Shown here in pieces: positions 1 to 7,775 of a DNA stretch of 32,000 nt. Positions within the stretch are counted from its first letter, which is position 1, and the number at the start of each line of letters is the position of its first letter. The stretch is from an uncultured Erysipelotrichaceae bacterium (lineage in GTDB: Bacteria; Bacillota_I; Bacilli_A; Erysipelotrichales; Erysipelotrichaceae). The stretch spans positions 1,020,001 to 1,052,000 of the forward strand of contig OW818668.1 of NCBI GenBank assembly GCA_942493105.1, given 5' to 3'. Both the position numbers and the translations under genes were made by a program. The notes beneath the pieces were generated by a model. It saw nothing but the letters and a program-made list of their open reading frames with translations, was not told where the DNA came from and did no database searches.

Positions 1-1
1 C

Positions 2-856
2 ACATATTTTGATATCTATGCCCAGTATTTCGTAAAGACCATCAAAGCGTATCAAGCTCAAGGCATCGATCTATTTGCGGTCACTGTTCAAAACGAACCT
101 TTATATGTACCCAATCATTACCCAGGAATGAGTGTGTCGCCAACCCAACAAGCAGATTTCATCAAATCTGCACTCAAGCCTGCTTTTAATCAAGCGGGAA
201 TCAAAACATTGATTTTAGCCTATGATCATAATTGGGATCGTAAAGATTATCCCTTGGAAGTGTTAAAGAAAGCAGAAGATGAAGTTGATGGGGTAGCTTG
301 GCATGTTTATGGGGGCAGCGTGTTGGCACAGTCCGAAGTTTATCGTGAATATCCAGAAAAAGATGTATATTTTACAGAAGCCTCTGGTGGAGAATGGATC
401 CCGCCTTTTGAGCAAGCTTTCTTATCACAAATCAAAACAGGGATCGATGTGTTTAGAAACTATTCCAGAACCTATGTGTTGTGGAATATGGCACTTGATG
501 AGAACAATGGACCTGTCGTTCCTGGTTTTGGGAATTCAACATGCCGCGGTGTTGTGACCATTAATCAACAAACCAAGGCTTTAACCTATAATCTGGATTA
601 TTATACGTTGGCTCATTTTAGCGATCATCTTCAAAAAGATGCGGTACGGATCGACTCCACCAAAGGTGAAGGAAACTTTAGCTCTGTTGCGTTTCTGAAC
701 CCAGATAAGAGCATCACCGTCGTTCTTTATAACATCAAATCGACCCGCAGAAATGCGTTGGTTCATCTAGGTAATCAAGTCATCGTCATCGACATGCCTG
801 AAAAAGCAGTCGCGACACTTACTTTTCAAACCGAAATCGTAAAAAGTGGAACTTAG
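2..856 (+). CDS. Glycoside hydrolase family 30 (glucosylceramidase-like; plausibly a beta-1,6-glucanase), 5'-truncated by the window edge
   Basis: The frame of ORF 128..856 stays open back to nt 2 (TYFDIYAQYFVKTIKAYQAQGIDLFAVTVQNEPLY...). GH30 hallmarks are present: 'TVQNEP' (acid/base Glu), 'AYDHNWD', 'AWHVYGG' and 'FTEASGG' (nucleophile Glu). Stop TAG at 854-856. Confidence 0.85.
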   Translation, partial: TYFDIYAQYFVKTIKAYQAQGIDLFAVTVQNEPLYVPNHYPGMSVSPTQQADFIKSALKPAFNQAGIKTLILAYDHNWDRKDYPLEVLKKAEDEVDGVAWHVYGGSVLAQSEVYREYPEKDVYFTEASGGEWIPPFEQAFLSQIKTGIDVFRNYSRTYVLWNMALDENNGPVVPGFGNSTCRGVVTINQQTKALTYNLDYYTLAHFSDHLQKDAVRIDSTKGEGNFSSVAFLNPDKSITVVLYNIKSTRRNALVHLGNQVIVIDMPEKAVATLTFQTEIVKSGT

Positions 857-882
857 ATGCTAAAATAAGAAAGTCATAAAGG

Positions 883-1560
883 ATGTTTAAGAAAAATATG
901 AATAAAAAAATCATCGATTTTTGTTGGTTATGTATGGGTGTCACACTGATCTCTTTTGGGATCGCTTTGATGAACAAATCAGGATTAGGACAAACCGCTT
1001 ACTCTGGTTTAGCCAATGTTGTTGGTCAAATCTTCACCATCAAAAACGGAACGGTCCTGATCTACTTTAATATCGCTTTTGTGTTAGGGCAGATCATCTT
1101 GCTTAGGAAGGGTTTTAAAGCACTCCAGTTGCTTCAAGTCGTGGTGTCTTACCTCAATGGGATCATGGTCAATTTCTGGATCTATGACTTCGCATTGACC
1201 TCTGGACTCATTCCTCAGAACTATTTAATGCAATGGGTCTTTTCGATTTTAGGTAACTTATTTATTTCATTTGGGGTAGGGATCGTAATGGCCAGTGCCA
1301 TTATTAAAATGCCGGTAGAAGCATTCGTTGAGATCTTGGCCATTAAGATCAAACAACCTTTTGCGAAACTAAGGACCTTATTGGATATGCTATGTATCAT
1401 CATCGGTGTTGGTTTGATTCTAATGGCACACCTTGATTTCTCTTCTTTACGTGAAGGGACATGGGTATCGATGATACTTCTGGGAAGTTCCATGGGCTTG
1501 ACCTTTCCTTGGGCGAAAAGATTGGTCCTTAAATTTAATATAAAGAAAGAAGAAGTGTAA
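883..1560 (+). CDS. Polytopic membrane protein, YczE/YitT-like (function unknown)
   Basis: 225-aa ORF with about 6 hydrophobic helices. The N-terminal pattern 'GVTLISFGIALMNKSGLGQTAYSGL' resembles the YczE-type family. It lies 26 nt after GH30 and 1 nt before the MFS gene. An alternative ATG exists at 898. Confidence 0.6.
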   Translation: MFKKNMNKKIIDFCWLCMGVTLISFGIALMNKSGLGQTAYSGLANVVGQIFTIKNGTVLIYFNIAFVLGQIILLRKGFKALQLLQVVVSYLNGIMVNFWIYDFALTSGLIPQNYLMQWVFSILGNLFISFGVGIVMASAIIKMPVEAFVEILAIKIKQPFAKLRTLLDMLCIIIGVGLILMAHLDFSSLREGTWVSMILLGSSMGLTFPWAKRLVLKFNIKKEEV

Positions 1561-1561
1561 C

Positions 1562-2752
1562 ATGACAACTATAAAAGACTTATCTAAACGTAAAATCCAA
1601 GCCCAGTTCATGATGATTTTCTTATTTGCCTATGCTGCTTTTGCGGTCAGTAATACACAGATTTTACCCTTTATGACCCAAATAGGGTATACCCCAAGTC
1701 AAAGAGGTTTGATCCTATCAGGTTCAGCTTTAGTGGCCATGATCGGTCAGTTTCTTTTTGGATACCTGTGTGATAAATATAAGACAGTCAAGAAGATGTT
1801 TTATCTGTCAACGATCATCTTTATCGGTTTGGTCTATTGGGCTTATTCTGTCACTCAAGTTGCTTTTTTCTTTCATTTGATTTCAATATCACTCATGTCA
1901 GGATTCTTTAGGATCTTGTTTGGACTCTTGGATTCTTGGACCATAGAAAGAGATCCCATCTTAAGAAAAAACTTCGGAGTCATTCGAGCTTTTGGATCCA
2001 TCGGTTGGATCATAGGTAGTCCGTTGACCGTATGGGCTTTATCCAAAGGGGGTTATGGTGCACTGGGGTTGAATGTTGCGATCTTAAGCATCATTACTTT
2101 ACTCTTGGGATATAAAGTAGGGGATGCGCAAAAAGTAGCCCATCAAGAACCCATTAAGCTCAGTGACGTCAAACAACTTTTAAAGACAAAACAATACATG
2201 GTCTTACTGTTGATTTTAGTTATCGTTAATATTGCGATGGCTGCTGATGCCTATACTGTGGTCGATAAGATGCTGAAACTAAATGGTTCTGCATCAGACA
2301 TCTCTAATAAATGGGTCATCCAAGCCATCAGTGAATTGCCTCTGTTTTTTCTAGGCAGTCTCTTATATAAACGATTTAGTGCGAAATCTTTACTGATGCT
2401 GGGCATCTTTATGTTTGTGGTCCGTTTCTTATTGAGTGCATTTGCGACTTCAGTCAATCAGTTGGTCTTGATTGCTTCTTTACAGTTGTTTACTTTTCCT
2501 TTGGTTTTACTTTCATCCAAGTTACTGGTCGATATGGAAACTCCAGGCCATCTCAAATCAACTGGACAACTTTTAGGTATGGCGGTTTATATGAGTTTAT
2601 CAGCCTTGGTTTCTCCACTCATATCAGGCTTTATGGTCGATTGGGTTGGGACAAACAATACTTTGATTTTCTTTGGTTTATTATGTGTGATTCCATTACT
2701 GTTAAGTCTGTGGTATAAAACCATGCCTGCAGCTTATACCCATCAAAACTAA
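1562..2752 (+). CDS. MFS transporter (LacY-like / MFS_1_like type, 12 TM)
   Basis: 396 aa and strongly hydrophobic with about 12 helices. MFS motif-A-like 'GYLCDKYKTVKK' follows TM2. A central hydrophilic loop 'GDAQKVAHQEPIKLSDVKQLLKTKQ' separates the two halves. Confidence 0.8.
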   Translation: MTTIKDLSKRKIQAQFMMIFLFAYAAFAVSNTQILPFMTQIGYTPSQRGLILSGSALVAMIGQFLFGYLCDKYKTVKKMFYLSTIIFIGLVYWAYSVTQVAFFFHLISISLMSGFFRILFGLLDSWTIERDPILRKNFGVIRAFGSIGWIIGSPLTVWALSKGGYGALGLNVAILSIITLLLGYKVGDAQKVAHQEPIKLSDVKQLLKTKQYMVLLLILVIVNIAMAADAYTVVDKMLKLNGSASDISNKWVIQAISELPLFFLGSLLYKRFSAKSLLMLGIFMFVVRFLLSAFATSVNQLVLIASLQLFTFPLVLLSSKLLVDMETPGHLKSTGQLLGMAVYMSLSALVSPLISGFMVDWVGTNNTLIFFGLLCVIPLLLSLWYKTMPAAYTHQN

Positions 2753-2771
2753 AGCGCTCAATGAGCGCTTT
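2751..2771. terminator. Bidirectional hairpin terminator between the convergent MFS and ROK genes
   Basis: AAAGCGCTCA-A-TGAGCGCTTT is an inverted repeat (the inner bases must open to form a loop). It has A-rich and T-rich flanks and fills the 21-nt gap between the two stop codons. Confidence 0.6.
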
Positions 2772-2773
2772 GT

Positions 2774-3664
2774 TTATTCATAGAGATGATGATATAAAGC
2801 CCCAATCAGATTTGAATCGTTGGCGAAGGCACACCTTACGATCTTTGGTTTACCGATGGGCATATGCGTATATTGGCTAAAGAGCTGATCTATTGCTTTC
2901 TGTATGCTTTCAAGTAACAAGGGTTGAGCAGAGATCCCACCTCCAATAGCGATGACCTGAGTGTCTAAAACAGCTTGTATACCGATTACTCCAATCGCAA
3001 AACTTTTCGCAAACTGATCTAAAACTTTTAAAGCAAGTTCATCTTTTGCGTTAGCCAAATCAAAGAATTGTCTGCCATTCATGGATTTATAAGGCAAGTT
3101 CTTTTCACGTTCATAGACATCAGTTAAACCCATTGAACCACACAGATGAGACCACATGAAAGGCTCTTGTGTTCCCATATCGCGTAAGGAAACAGGCAAC
3201 CATGAAATTTCGCCTGCCGCATAACGATGGCCTCTTAAGAGTTTCCCATCAACGACGACCCCACCGCCTATCGCGGTTCCCAGTACAATGACGACCCCAT
3301 ATTGAACGCCTTGTAGAGAACCTTTCCAAAGCTCAGCCAAAGCAGCACATTTCGCATCATTCTCAATCGATATTTTAACTGGACAGTGCTGAGAAAGCAC
3401 CTCAACCAAAGGATAATCTTCGATGTAATTTAAATAGCCTCCAGTATGCATGATACCTTTGTGGATATCGATTCGTCCAGGTACACTTAAAGCAATTCCG
3501 GTGATATTTTCATATTTTTTATACAATTGAGTCAGGGTATCAATCAAATGTTCACTGTTGTCTAAAGGGGTAGGTACTTCACCTTTTTCGATGATCTGAT
3601 CGGACGTCATCAGCGCATATTTGATCAACGTCCCACCAAGATCTACCACTAAGTATCGATCCAT
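2774..3664 (-). CDS. ROK-family sugar kinase (glucokinase or beta-glucoside kinase type)
   Basis: N-terminal ATP motif 'VVDLGGTLIKYAL'. ROK signature 'VIVLGTAIGGGVVVDGKLLRGHRYAAGEIS'. C-terminal 'IAIGGGIS'. SD AGGAG lies 6 nt upstream of the ATG (3664-3662). The canonical CxCGxxGC zinc motif is replaced by 'HLCGSMGL'. Confidence 0.9.
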   Translation of the reverse strand: MDRYLVVDLGGTLIKYALMTSDQIIEKGEVPTPLDNSEHLIDTLTQLYKKYENITGIALSVPGRIDIHKGIMHTGGYLNYIEDYPLVEVLSQHCPVKISIENDAKCAALAELWKGSLQGVQYGVVIVLGTAIGGGVVVDGKLLRGHRYAAGEISWLPVSLRDMGTQEPFMWSHLCGSMGLTDVYEREKNLPYKSMNGRQFFDLANAKDELALKVLDQFAKSFAIGVIGIQAVLDTQVIAIGGGISAQPLLLESIQKAIDQLFSQYTHMPIGKPKIVRCAFANDSNLIGALYHHLYE

Positions 3665-3697
3665 AAAGGTCTCCTAAGATTTCTCTTTTCTGTACTC

Positions 3698-3703
3698 ATT
3701 ATA
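3698..3703 (-). promoter_or_regulatory. Putative -10 box (TATAAT on the minus strand) for the ROK kinase gene
   Basis: Plus-strand ATTATA at 3698-3703 is TATAAT on the minus strand. It lies about 30 nt upstream of the ROK SD/ATG. The expected -35 position falls inside the palindrome at 3721-3736. Confidence 0.45.
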
Positions 3704-3720
3704 ACTGAAGTGAAAACTTA

Positions 3721-3736
3721 ACGAAAGTGCTTTCGT
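3721..3736. promoter_or_regulatory. Operator-like palindrome, site A (ACGAAAGTGCTTTCGT; extended form TTAACGAAAG-TG-CTTTCGTTAA at 3718-3739)
   Basis: Ten-bp arms are perfect reverse complements around a central TG. It sits in the ROK/LacI divergent intergenic region. Four related copies occur at other promoters in the window. Confidence 0.6.
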
Positions 3737-3761
3737 TAAATAATTATTTTAAGGTTAAATA

Positions 3762-3770
3762 TGTTAAAAT
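3762..3770 (+). promoter_or_regulatory. Putative extended -10 promoter (TGtTAAAAT) for the LacI-family gene
   Basis: TGTTAAAAT at 3762-3770 is followed by SD GAGGA (3783-3787) and ATG 3794. Confidence 0.5.
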
Positions 3771-3793
3771 AGGAACATATTCGAGGACAAAAC

Positions 3794-4789
3794 ATGGTCG
3801 ATATGAAGCAGGTTGCCAAGTTGGCGGGAGTGTCCGTGGCAACCGTATCTAAAACACTCAACAATTATCGCGAAGTCAGTGACGACACAAAAGCGAAGAT
3901 CATGAAGATCGTCGATGAGTTAGGTTATGTACAAAATTCCAGTGCCCGAGCTTTAAGTACGAAACGATCCAATTTGATTGGGATCGTTTATGCTGAGCAT
4001 CTACATATTGGTCTTGAGCACTATTTCTTCTCAGGTGTTTTAGAAGCCTTTAAGAAAGAAGTTGAAAACTTAGGCTATGATGTGGTCTTCATCAATGGCC
4101 GTGATATCGGCTATCTAAAAAAATGCAGAGTCAGAGGTGTCGATGGGGTTTTTGTTGTAACGGCAGATACTTCGGATAAGGGTTTAGCAGATTTGTTTAA
4201 TGCAGACATTCCTTGTGTCACCACTGATACCCCATGGAATAAAATTCCTTTGGTTTATTCAGACAATGTCCAAAGTTCAATCAATGCGGTCAAATACCTG
4301 CATGGTCTCAATCATACCCGAATTGCCCATATCGCAGGACCACAGACATCCATTGCGGCTCGTGAACGTCTTGAGGGGTATCGAGCAGGGATGATCGAAG
4401 AACACTTGCCTTATGATCCAGATATGGTTGCTTATGCCAATGAATATGACAGTATTTCTGGTTATAATGCGATGAAGACTTTGCTTGAACATGCTAATCC
4501 TCCCAGTGCTGTTTATGTCATGTGTGACTTATCGGCAGTAGGGGCGATCAAAGCCATTCGTGATGCCAATATGCGAGCACCAAGAGACATTTCAATCATG
4601 GGTTTTGATGATATTCAATTGGCTTCGCATACGGTTCCGTCACTGACCACACTGAGGCAAGACCGTGCTACGATTGGCCGTACTTTAGCCAAAACACTGA
4701 TTAAACTCATCAATAAAGAAGAGGTCAGCTTGGTAACTAAAATTCCCTGTCAGTTGATTGAACGAGAATCTACTAAAGCAAAAAAATAG
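3794..4789 (+). CDS. LacI/GalR-family transcriptional regulator
   Basis: N-terminal HTH 'MKQVAKLAGVSVATVSKTLNN' plus 'ELGYVQNSSARAL'. Periplasmic-binding-protein-like core with 'IAHIAGP', 'RLEGYR' and 'ISIMGFDD'. Confidence 0.9.
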   Translation: MVDMKQVAKLAGVSVATVSKTLNNYREVSDDTKAKIMKIVDELGYVQNSSARALSTKRSNLIGIVYAEHLHIGLEHYFFSGVLEAFKKEVENLGYDVVFINGRDIGYLKKCRVRGVDGVFVVTADTSDKGLADLFNADIPCVTTDTPWNKIPLVYSDNVQSSINAVKYLHGLNHTRIAHIAGPQTSIAARERLEGYRAGMIEEHLPYDPDMVAYANEYDSISGYNAMKTLLEHANPPSAVYVMCDLSAVGAIKAIRDANMRAPRDISIMGFDDIQLASHTVPSLTTLRQDRATIGRTLAKTLIKLINKEEVSLVTKIPCQLIERESTKAKK

Positions 4790-4808
4790 ACCAAAGCGTC
4801 TATTTTTT
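4782..4808 (+). terminator. Weak A/T-rich hairpin plus T-run after the LacI gene
   Basis: AAAAATAGAC-caaagc-GTCTATTTTT followed by T. It overlaps the TAG stop at 4787-4789. Confidence 0.45.
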
Positions 4809-4819
4809 AATGATTGGGA

Positions 4820-4828
4820 TGATATAAT
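4820..4828 (+). promoter_or_regulatory. Extended -10 promoter (TGaTATAAT) of the GH16-GH3-GH2 operon
   Basis: TGATATAAT at 4820-4828, about 32 nt upstream of ATG 4860. SD AGGAGG lies at 4850-4855. Confidence 0.6.
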
Positions 4829-4835
4829 AGATTTA

Positions 4836-4851
4836 ACGAAAGCGTTTTCAG
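4836..4851. promoter_or_regulatory. Operator-like motif, site B (ACGAAAGCGTTTTCAG)
   Basis: It starts 8 nt after the -10 box, overlapping the expected transcription start. Same core as sites A and C-E. Confidence 0.6.
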
Positions 4852-4859
4852 GAGGAACT

Positions 4860-5576
4860 ATGAAAAAATGGAAACTGGTATTTGAGGAAGACTTTTCTAA
4901 ACAGACCCAATTGGATCTAACCCATTGGACCATCGATGTTGGAGATCATGGAGGAGGCAACAAAGAGTCTCAATACTATACGAAAGGCATGCATAACTTA
5001 AGTTTTGAAGACGGAGCCCTTCATTTTGAAGGCCGCAAAGAAAACTATAAAACACGTGAATATACCTCAGCTAAAATATGGACCAAAGGCAAACTTGATT
5101 GGATGTATGGCCGTTTTGAGATCTGTGCTAAAGTACCAACAGGCACAGGAACTTGGCCTGCCATTTGGACTTTAGGAACAGCTCATCCTGGTGAAAGATG
5201 GCCAGACATGGGTGAAATCGACATCATGGAACATGTTGGAAGAGATCAAGATGAAGTTCATTTTAGTTTGCATTCAAAGCACTATAACCATCGAGCCAAG
5301 CAATATGCGACTTATCATACACAAATTCCTGGTGTTTCAGAAACCTATAAGACCTATGTTTTAGAATGGGATGAAGAAAAACTGAGCTTCTTGGTGGATG
5401 ATCAACAATACGCGACCTTTAAAAAATCGGATTATCCAGATTCATGGCCATTTAATCGCCCACACTATTTGATTTTGAACCTCGCTTTGGGCGGAGGATG
5501 GGGAGGTCCTATCGATGATACATGTCTGCCTCAACGTTTATCGATCAAAAGTATCCGAATCTATCAAGAGGATTGA
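4860..5576 (+). CDS. GH16 endo-beta-1,3-glucanase (laminarinase), cytoplasmic (no signal peptide)
   Basis: Catalytic motif 'GEIDIMEHVG' (ExDxxE) plus 'WPAIWTLG' and 'NLALGGGWGG'. Start chosen at ATG 4860, 4 nt after the AGGAGG box at 4850-4855. The longer ORF from 4758 would read through the terminator, promoter and operator. Confidence 0.9.
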   Translation: MKKWKLVFEEDFSKQTQLDLTHWTIDVGDHGGGNKESQYYTKGMHNLSFEDGALHFEGRKENYKTREYTSAKIWTKGKLDWMYGRFEICAKVPTGTGTWPAIWTLGTAHPGERWPDMGEIDIMEHVGRDQDEVHFSLHSKHYNHRAKQYATYHTQIPGVSETYKTYVLEWDEEKLSFLVDDQQYATFKKSDYPDSWPFNRPHYLILNLALGGGWGGPIDDTCLPQRLSIKSIRIYQED

Positions 5577-5579
5577 TTC

Positions 5580-7775
5580 ATGGACATAAAGAAAATAGTT
5601 GAAAAGATGACCCTTGAAGAAAAACTGATGATGCTGGGAGGCAAAGATGGTTGGCACTTTTATGGGGTTGAAAGATTAGGAATCCATGATGTTAGAGTTT
5701 GTGATGGACCGCATGGCGTTAGAGTTCATACCGAAAAATCCGAAGAATATGATCCAGCCACCAATTTCCCAACAGCGTCTGCTTTAGCTTCTACATTCAA
5801 TGAAGATCTTTTGCGTTTAGCAGGAGAAACGATTGGGCAAGAATGCCGATACTATGGGGTCCAAGTTTTATTAGGTCCTGGTGTCAACGGGAAACGTTCG
5901 CCTTTAGCGGGACGTAATTTTGAATATTATTCAGAGGATCCTTACTTAAGCGGCAAGATGGCCTCGGCTTTCATCAATGGGGTCCAAAGTCAAAAAGTTG
6001 GGACATCTTTAAAGCATTATATTGCCAATGAACAAGAAACAAGCCGTTTATTCATCAGTTCTAAAGTCGATGAAAGAACCCTTCATGAACTCTATTTGAC
6101 ACCTTTTGAGATGGCCATCAAAGAAGCCAATCCTTGGACCATCATGGGTTCATATAACCGAATCAATGGAGTCTATGGCTGTGAGAATGAACATACCCTC
6201 ATGAAGATCCTAAAAGGACAATTGAAGTATGATGGGTTGGTTGTCTCTGATTGGGGTGCTGTCAACGATAAAGTAGAATCTCATAAATATGGTCTAGATA
6301 TTCAAATGCCTGGACCCGTTGAAATCACCGAACGCTTAAGACAAGCTGTTTTATCTAATGAGATCACGATGGATAACTTAAATGATCATGTTGAACGCTG
6401 TTTAAGGCTCAATGAGCGGGTTTTTAAACCAGGTGAAGGTGTTGACCTTGACTTAGAAAAAAACCATAAGATTGCCCAGGAAGTCGCCAGAGAAAGCATT
6501 GTCTTGCTTAAGAATGATAAGTTTTTACCTTTGAAGAAAAATAGTAAAGTTGCCCTCATCGGACGATTTGCGGATGATCAGGTTCGATATAACGGTGGTG
6601 GCAGTTCATGGATGAAGGCATATAAGATTGAAAAGCCAATAGATGCCATTTCATCACGTGCACAAGTTCACTATGCCCCAGCTTATGATCAAGAAAAAAC
6701 AAATGCAAAATTGACTCAAGAAGCACTTAAAGCAGCTTCTATGTCAAAGACCGTTATATTTTTTACAGGGACAACGGCTTCTATGGAAAGCGAAGGTCAT
6801 GATCGCAGTTCCATTCAATTGCCACCACATCATCTTGCCTTGCTTAAGAAAATCCATAAAGTCAATCCCAATATCGTCGTTGTGTTAAATAATGGCGCTG
6901 CGGTTGATTTAAGAGAAGTGGTTCCTTACGCCAAAGCCATCATTGAAGCTTGGCTTTTAGGATCGCCTGCCGGAGAACCGATTGCGGAAATCTTATTTGG
7001 GGAAGTTAACCCTTCTGGTAAGTTATCAGAGACTTTTCCGCTACAACTTGAACATACACCTGCCTATGGAAATTTCCCTGGCTTAAGCGATGAGATCGTG
7101 TATAGCGAAGGATTGTTTACAGGCTATCGTCATTATGATTTTAGAAAAATTGATGTGATGGCACCCTTTGGATTTGGTTTGAGTTATACGACATTTAAGT
7201 TATCACAACCTATTTTAAGTAAAACAGTGATCAATCACGATGAAACCCTTACTATATCGATTGATGTCACCAATACTGGTAAAATGGAAGGCAGTGAAGT
7301 CATACAGCTGTATGTTAAAGATAAATTGTCTTATCTACAAAGACCTGAAAAAGAACTGCGAGGATTTAAGAAAGTTCACTTAAAAGTAGGCGAAACAAAA
7401 ACCGTAACGATGACGTTGAACCAACGTGATTTTGCCTATTATGTGCCTCATTTAAGTCGTTTCGCGGTAGAAACTGGTGAATTTGATTTGATCCTTGCGA
7501 CGTCTGCGAAAGACATCCACTCTATCTCTACCATTCAAGTCAATTCACCTGATAAAGTCAGACCTCATTTGACCTTAGAATATCCCTATACGCAATGGAT
7601 CCGTTATCCTCATGAAAAAAATCAGGTTGAAAAACTGATCAAGATGAGTCGTAAACCTCATTGGTGGGATACAGAACCCCCACTAAGTCGTTGGCTTAAT
7701 CATCTCAAACATGAGTTCAATTGGAGTGAAGAAAAGCTGAATGAAATAAAAGCCATGCTGATGGAGGAAGAATGA
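5580..7775 (+). CDS. GH3 beta-glucosidase (BglX-like, with Fn3-like C-terminal domain), cytoplasmic
   Basis: Motifs 'VCDGPHGVR', 'GRNFEYYSEDPYL', 'KHYIANEQE' and 'LVVSDWGAV' (nucleophile Asp). Fn3-like 'EVIQLYVKD...ELRGFKKVHLKVGETKTVTMTL'. No signal peptide. Confidence 0.92.
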   Translation: MDIKKIVEKMTLEEKLMMLGGKDGWHFYGVERLGIHDVRVCDGPHGVRVHTEKSEEYDPATNFPTASALASTFNEDLLRLAGETIGQECRYYGVQVLLGPGVNGKRSPLAGRNFEYYSEDPYLSGKMASAFINGVQSQKVGTSLKHYIANEQETSRLFISSKVDERTLHELYLTPFEMAIKEANPWTIMGSYNRINGVYGCENEHTLMKILKGQLKYDGLVVSDWGAVNDKVESHKYGLDIQMPGPVEITERLRQAVLSNEITMDNLNDHVERCLRLNERVFKPGEGVDLDLEKNHKIAQEVARESIVLLKNDKFLPLKKNSKVALIGRFADDQVRYNGGGSSWMKAYKIEKPIDAISSRAQVHYAPAYDQEKTNAKLTQEALKAASMSKTVIFFTGTTASMESEGHDRSSIQLPPHHLALLKKIHKVNPNIVVVLNNGAAVDLREVVPYAKAIIEAWLLGSPAGEPIAEILFGEVNPSGKLSETFPLQLEHTPAYGNFPGLSDEIVYSEGLFTGYRHYDFRKIDVMAPFGFGLSYTTFKLSQPILSKTVINHDETLTISIDVTNTGKMEGSEVIQLYVKDKLSYLQRPEKELRGFKKVHLKVGETKTVTMTLNQRDFAYYVPHLSRFAVETGEFDLILATSAKDIHSISTIQVNSPDKVRPHLTLEYPYTQWIRYPHEKNQVEKLIKMSRKPHWWDTEPPLSRWLNHLKHEFNWSEEKLNEIKAMLMEEE

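Noticed and set aside
1221-1568. 115-aa minus-strand ORF. Similar short track ORFs occur at 303-557, 581-766, 2251-2457, 4200-4492, 7811-8607, 9198-9410, 10949-11505, 15980-16222, 16768-17046, 17208-17669, 18602-18860, 20659-20916, 21493-21742, 22879-23248, 24078-24260, 24797-25037, 25600-25797, 26744-27031, 28239-28439, 28775-28972, 30378-30566 and 31142-31351
   Set aside because: All are fully nested in, or antisense to, long ORFs with clear family motifs. They have low-complexity or odd composition and lack SD sites. They are treated as frame shadows in an AT-rich sequence.
2751-2771. AAAGCGCT-containing hairpins at 2751-2771 and 27106-27126 that superficially resemble the GAAAGCG operator half-site
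   Set aside because: Both lie between convergent stop codons, have A-run/T-run flanks and lack the ACGAAAG...TTTCGT arrangement. They are better explained as bidirectional terminators.
4758-4859. Long N-terminal extensions implied by the track ORF starts at 4758, 13250, 16113, 19960, 24284, 25272 and 29533
   Set aside because: Internal starts are preceded by good SD sequences: 4860, 13256, 16161, 19990, 25317, TTG 24326 and ATG 29536. They yield sensible N-termini (lipoboxes, signal anchors, conserved family N-termini). Some track starts (24284, 29533) are TTG codons with no SD. The extensions would read through upstream gene ends or regulatory DNA.
4685-4933. 82-aa minus-strand ORF spanning the LacI/GH16 intergenic region
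   Set aside because: It runs antisense through the LacI 3' end, the terminator hairpin, the -10 box, the operator and the GH16 start. It has no SD and no recognisable protein features. It is a shadow ORF.
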